Source: Chamaesiphon sp. (lineage in GTDB: Bacteria; Cyanobacteriota; Cyanobacteriia; Cyanobacteriales; Chamaesiphonaceae). Taken from it: a stretch of DNA of 64,000 nucleotides. The stretch is taken from contig CBDFFH010000005.1 in the NCBI GenBank assembly GCA_965246715.1, positions 96,001 through 160,000 on the forward strand, read 5' to 3'. Under the pieces are notes generated by a model. It ran no database searches and was not told where the DNA came from. It saw only the letters and a program-made list of their open reading frames with translations. The translations under genes and the position numbers were made by a program. Positions 59,882 through 64,000 of this stretch are shown piece by piece; the first letter of the stretch is position 1, and the number at the start of each line of letters is the position of its first letter.

Positions 59882-61090
59882 ATGCCGAAAATTAACGTTA
59901 GTGATATCGATATAAACTACCAGATTCAAGGTAGTGGCGAACCATTACTGATGATAATGGGTTTGAGTTTCAGTCTCCGCGATTGGGGCAAAAAATTCAC
60001 CGAACTACTCGCACAACACTATCAAATCATCCTCTTTGACAATCGCGATGCTGGACTCACAAGTCAATCCACTCGCCCCTATACGATCGCAGACATGGCA
60101 GACGATGCCGCAGGGTTATTAGCCGCATTAAACATTCCCAAAGCACATGTATTTGGTGTCAGCATGGGTGGTGCGATCGCTCAGCAATTTGCTCTAAAAT
60201 ATCCCGAAAAGCTAGACAAACTCATTCTCGGCTGTACGATGGCAGGTGGTAATTGCAGTCAGCTTGGAGATATCGGTGGCGTGATGAATGGCAATCTTTT
60301 AGATTTATTATTTACACCCACATTCATTCAAAACCATCAACAGGAGCTTACAGAATTCCTCACCGAAACGACCCCATTGCATAGTCGCGATGCAGCTTTG
60401 CAGCGTCAGCTTCAAGCCTTCGCTAGCCATGATACCTGCGATATTTTGGTTGATATTCAAGCCACCACACTCATTATCACTGGAGATAAGGATATTGCGA
60501 TCCATCGATCGAATAGCGATGTCCTAGCTGCCAAAATTCCCAATGTCAAACTAGAAATTATTACAGATGCCGCTCATGGATTTTCATTTAGCCATCCAGA
60601 CATCACCGCAGATCTGATTCATCTCTTTTTACAACAACCATCTAATCCAGGGAAAACTATTATGCAAGACCAATCTCCGTCAATTCTCAAAAAGTTTGGT
60701 GAATATGCCCAAACTTTTAATTTGTTAGAACCGACTAAAGTTGCAACATTTTTCCATTTACCTTCCATGCTGATGACTTCAGAACAAGTCGCAGTGATGA
60801 ATAGTTTAGAGGATGTAATTAAAGTATTCACTATGATGATGGATGAACTAAGAGATAAAAATTTCAAAGAGAGCAGAATTATTGGCAACCTTCAAGTTAC
60901 TCAACTCAGTGATAATCAAGGACAGGTGGTCGGAGTTGCTAAACGATTTAATGATAAAGATGAAGAAATAGAGCACTTTGGGTTCACTTATACCCTCCGC
61001 AAGATTCAAGTTGAAGATAAAGAGCGAGTCACTGATGAATGGAAAATTATTGCTGGCATACTTCACGAACCGGAATATATCTCTAAATGA
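59882..61090 (+). CDS. Alpha/beta hydrolase fused to an NTF2/SnoaL-like domain
   Basis: FDNRD.G, GVSMGG, GDKD, AAH; about 140-aa C-terminal domain ending 'YTL......WKI'. Confidence 0.8.
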   Translation: MPKINVSDIDINYQIQGSGEPLLMIMGLSFSLRDWGKKFTELLAQHYQIILFDNRDAGLTSQSTRPYTIADMADDAAGLLAALNIPKAHVFGVSMGGAIAQQFALKYPEKLDKLILGCTMAGGNCSQLGDIGGVMNGNLLDLLFTPTFIQNHQQELTEFLTETTPLHSRDAALQRQLQAFASHDTCDILVDIQATTLIITGDKDIAIHRSNSDVLAAKIPNVKLEIITDAAHGFSFSHPDITADLIHLFLQQPSNPGKTIMQDQSPSILKKFGEYAQTFNLLEPTKVATFFHLPSMLMTSEQVAVMNSLEDVIKVFTMMMDELRDKNFKESRIIGNLQVTQLSDNQGQVVGVAKRFNDKDEEIEHFGFTYTLRKIQVEDKERVTDEWKIIAGILHEPEYISK

Positions 61091-61450
61091 TACGATCGAT
61101 GATCCTCCAACTGCTCCAGTGATAAAGCCTTAACCCTAATTTCCGCATCGATCGGTTCTCTGGTTAATTCTTGTTGAATCTCAAATAATTTGGCGATACA
61201 CATCTGGATCTGTGCTCGGTATACGAGATCGAATCGAATCTACATCCTGTGTCTAGACTTGCGAATCCGATCGTCGACTCGATAATTTAATTTTGTTAGA
61301 TTGGGATTTCGATCGAGTGAATCTAGACAGTAGCGCGAGATTCACGATCGATTCTCTTTCACAGACGCTGCGCCTACGGCAGGCTTTGCCAACGCCAACG
61401 AACCGATACACCGGATGTTTGATCGCTTTACCGCCTGCAAAAATATTTAG

Positions 61451-61503
61451 TCGCTTTTAGATAATTTTTCTTACTGACAACTCGATCGAGGTGGATGTAG
61501 AGT
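61451..61503 (+). promoter_or_regulatory. Same promoter motif (copy 3), with no clear downstream gene
   Basis: TCGCTTTTAG ATAATTTTTC TTACTGACA, 18-nt spacer, TAGAGT. Confidence 0.5.
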
Positions 61504-61617
61504 AATGCAATTGCTAAGTAATGGCATATTAGACCCCCTACAAAGGTAAAAACCCAATCTTTTTCAGTGCTGTTTTGGCATGAGTAAAATAACTGCAACT
61601 CAAAAAGCAGAGAAAAC

Positions 61618-61740
61618 CTATGCTGAAGAAAGTAAATTGAGATCTACCCCATGCAGATCGAATCCAGCAAAGTCACGCTCCCCAGCAGCATAGCAATCTA
61701 ACAATTCCTGAGCGCTCAATTTAAAACTTACGATCGCCTC
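61618..61740 (-). pseudogene. Pentapeptide-repeat protein N-terminal remnant
   Basis: LSAQELLDCYAAGERDFAGFDLHGVDL followed by an early stop; boundaries approximate. Confidence 0.5.
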
Positions 61741-61958
61741 TACTCTTTCATCTAATACCTATTAAATACTACCTAAACTCTCGATCGAGAAACACGAGCC
61801 TAATATTCGATCGACTTCAGCAAAGACGTTTCGATTCCAGGTATAGAGCGATACTTTTCAAATCCACTCTAGGCAGTTAGATTGAGATCGCCGCGCAGCT
61901 TTAGGCTATTGTTAATGATGATATCTAGCCACTAGCCACTAGTCACTAGCCACTGCCC

Positions 61959-63287
61959 ATGACCACAGAACGACCCAAAATCATTGTCCTCGACGACGAC
62001 CCTACGGGTTCGCAGACAGTTCATAGTTGCTTGCTCTTGACGCAGTGGGATGTAGAAACACTCAAGCTCGGGCTGACGGATGCCGTGCCGATCTTTTTCA
62101 TCTTGACGAATACTCGCGCTCTGACACCTAACCAAGCAGCAGAGGTGACGCGGGAGGTTTGTCGCAATCTCAAGATTGCCGTCACCCAGACAGGGGTGAC
62201 AAACTTTTTGGTAGTGAGTCGATCGGATTCTACCTTGCGGGGACACTACCCGATCGAGACTGATGTCATCGCTGCCGAATTGGGCGGTTTCGACGCGCAT
62301 TTCCTGGTGCCGGCCTTTTTTGAAGGGGGTCGGATTACTCGCGATAGCGTCCATTATCTGGTGGTAGATGGGGTGGAGACACCAGTTCACAAAACAGAAT
62401 TCGCTCGCGATTCGGTGTTTGGATTCAGTCATAGCTTCCTCCCGGATTATGTTGAGGAAAAAACCCACGGTGAAATTTCTGCCGATCGAGTGGTAAGATT
62501 TTTACTCGATGAAGTTCGCAATAGTAGTCTCGATCGGTTGATGCAACTAGAACGCAATCGCTGTTGTGTCGTCGATGGCGAATGTCAAGCGGATTTTGAC
62601 AAGTTTGCTGCCGATATCCTCACAGCAGCGAGTCAAGGCAAAAAATTCTTGTTTCGCAGTGGTGCCAGCATCCTCACTTCTCTGGCGGATTTAGGCCCTC
62701 AACCTATCCCCGCGACAGAGATGTCCAAATACGTGCGCGATGGCCAGCCAGGGGCGATTATCGTCGGTTCTCACGTCCAAAAGACTACCGATCAACTCAC
62801 TCAACTGCTGAAGACAGCAGGCATCGTCGGGGTGGAAATCGATGTTTCGCAATTAGTCGGGGAAGATGACCGACTGAGGGCGCAATTGTTGGCAACGACT
62901 ATCGATCGGATCGATACTATCCATCAAGCTGGAGACACGCCCGCAATTTATACCAGTCGTCACGAACTCAGCTTCGACAGCATTCAAATTCGGTTGAAGT
63001 TTGGCGAAGCAGTTTCCGATCTCCTAATGGACATCATTCGCGCTCTGCCGAACGATATCGGCTTTTTGATTAGTAAAGGTGGGATCACTTCTAATGACAC
63101 CCTCAGCAAAGGTTTAGCCCTGCGGACGGCGAGATTATTAGGACAAATTTTACCTGGTTGCTCGGCGATCGTCACACCGTCAGCAAATACCCAATTTCCC
63201 AATCTCCCTGTCGTGTTATTCCCCGGAAATGTCGGCGATGAGCATGCCCTAGCGACGGCTTATCTAAGGCTTGAAGGGAGAGCATAG
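61959..63287 (+). CDS. Four-carbon acid sugar kinase family protein (DUF1537)
   Basis: VLDDDPTG, RSDSTLRGH, GSHV..T..QL, SKGGITS, FPGNVG. Confidence 0.9.
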   Translation: MTTERPKIIVLDDDPTGSQTVHSCLLLTQWDVETLKLGLTDAVPIFFILTNTRALTPNQAAEVTREVCRNLKIAVTQTGVTNFLVVSRSDSTLRGHYPIETDVIAAELGGFDAHFLVPAFFEGGRITRDSVHYLVVDGVETPVHKTEFARDSVFGFSHSFLPDYVEEKTHGEISADRVVRFLLDEVRNSSLDRLMQLERNRCCVVDGECQADFDKFAADILTAASQGKKFLFRSGASILTSLADLGPQPIPATEMSKYVRDGQPGAIIVGSHVQKTTDQLTQLLKTAGIVGVEIDVSQLVGEDDRLRAQLLATTIDRIDTIHQAGDTPAIYTSRHELSFDSIQIRLKFGEAVSDLLMDIIRALPNDIGFLISKGGITSNDTLSKGLALRTARLLGQILPGCSAIVTPSANTQFPNLPVVLFPGNVGDEHALATAYLRLEGRA

Positions 63288-63531
63288 GGGATCGGGAAAA
63301 TAGCGACTGGAGAAGATGACGGTAAGGTATTATTGTTAAGTTAGACAGCACAGATATCGAACGGCTTGCTGTAGGCGATCGCCATCGGATAGTACGCAGC
63401 CTAAACAGAGCTGGGGGCAGCAGTGCCCACCTGGCGACAAGATCCAGATTAGTCAGCAACCAACAAATACTAATAATAATCAATAACTAACTAATAACAA
63501 ATAATAAATAACATACTAATTCATAATTTTT

Positions 63532-64000
63532 ATGACTGAAGGCGATCTCAAACCTGAATATAGACCTGGATTGGAAGGAGTGCCTGCTGCTAAGTCGAGC
63601 ATCAGTTATGTTGGTATCCAAACAACCGAGCTTGGGGACAAAGAAGGTGTTTTAGAATACCGGAGTATTCCCGTCCAATTATTAGCCCAGCACAGTAGTT
63701 TTGTCGAAACTGCATTCCTCCTGATTTGGGGCAGATTGCCAACGCATACCGAACTCAGTGAGTTTACCAGCGATATTTATTCGCATCGGCGGATCAAGTA
63801 TCGGATCAAAGACATGATGAAATGTTTTCCCGAAACCGGACATCCGATGGATGCATTGCAAGCATCAGCCGCTGCTTTGGGCTTATTTTACTCGCGGCAT
63901 CAAGGATTGACTCCCGACTACGTGCGCCAAACTGTGATTAGATTGCTGGCGAAGATTCCGACGATGGTAGCGGCGTTCCAACTGATGCGCAAAGGGAACG
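63532..64000 (+). CDS. gltA: Citrate synthase, 3'-truncated by the window edge
   Basis: EYRPGLEGVPAAKSSISY...LEYR...FVETAFLLIWG.LP...GHPMDALQ; not in the ORF track. Confidence 0.9.
   Translation, partial: MTEGDLKPEYRPGLEGVPAAKSSISYVGIQTTELGDKEGVLEYRSIPVQLLAQHSSFVETAFLLIWGRLPTHTELSEFTSDIYSHRRIKYRIKDMMKCFPETGHPMDALQASAAALGLFYSRHQGLTPDYVRQTVIRLLAKIPTMVAAFQLMRKGN

Overview
Cyanobacterial chromosome segment: the CGATCG (HIP1-core) palindrome is very dense, often as TCGATCGA, and a phycobilisome linker gene is present. A Chamaesiphon-like host is an inference only. The left ~35 kb looks like an integrative island abutting the 3' end of a tRNA-Val(GAC) gene. Its backbone is a tyrosine integrase, a probable excisionase, a primase/DUF3987 replication protein with an embedded iteron-like array, its own family B DNA polymerase and an HGGxSTG-like gene pair. 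Its cargo is conflict/defence-like: a Lamassu (ABC three-component) operon whose SMC gene is split by an intact ISL3, three TPR-CHAT caspase-like proteases with two sigma-like/DUF1822 gene pairs, RES and nucleotidyltransferase toxin-antitoxin pairs, and two small secreted cationic proteins. The right ~29 kb is mostly housekeeping (acpP, fabF, cpcG, response regulators, monomeric icd, gltA). It also holds an HTH-NB-ARC-WD40 STAND gene facing an AT-rich block (acyl-synthase-like, diiron-oxidase-like, lipase, hydrolase) whose promoters share a triple 10-bp repeat overlapping the -35 box. Many tiny mobile repeats are scattered throughout, including 22-24 nt hairpin inserts in CGATCG sites (several in-frame in genes), MITEs and REP-like palindromes. 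All family assignments come from motif recognition by eye; no database searches were run.
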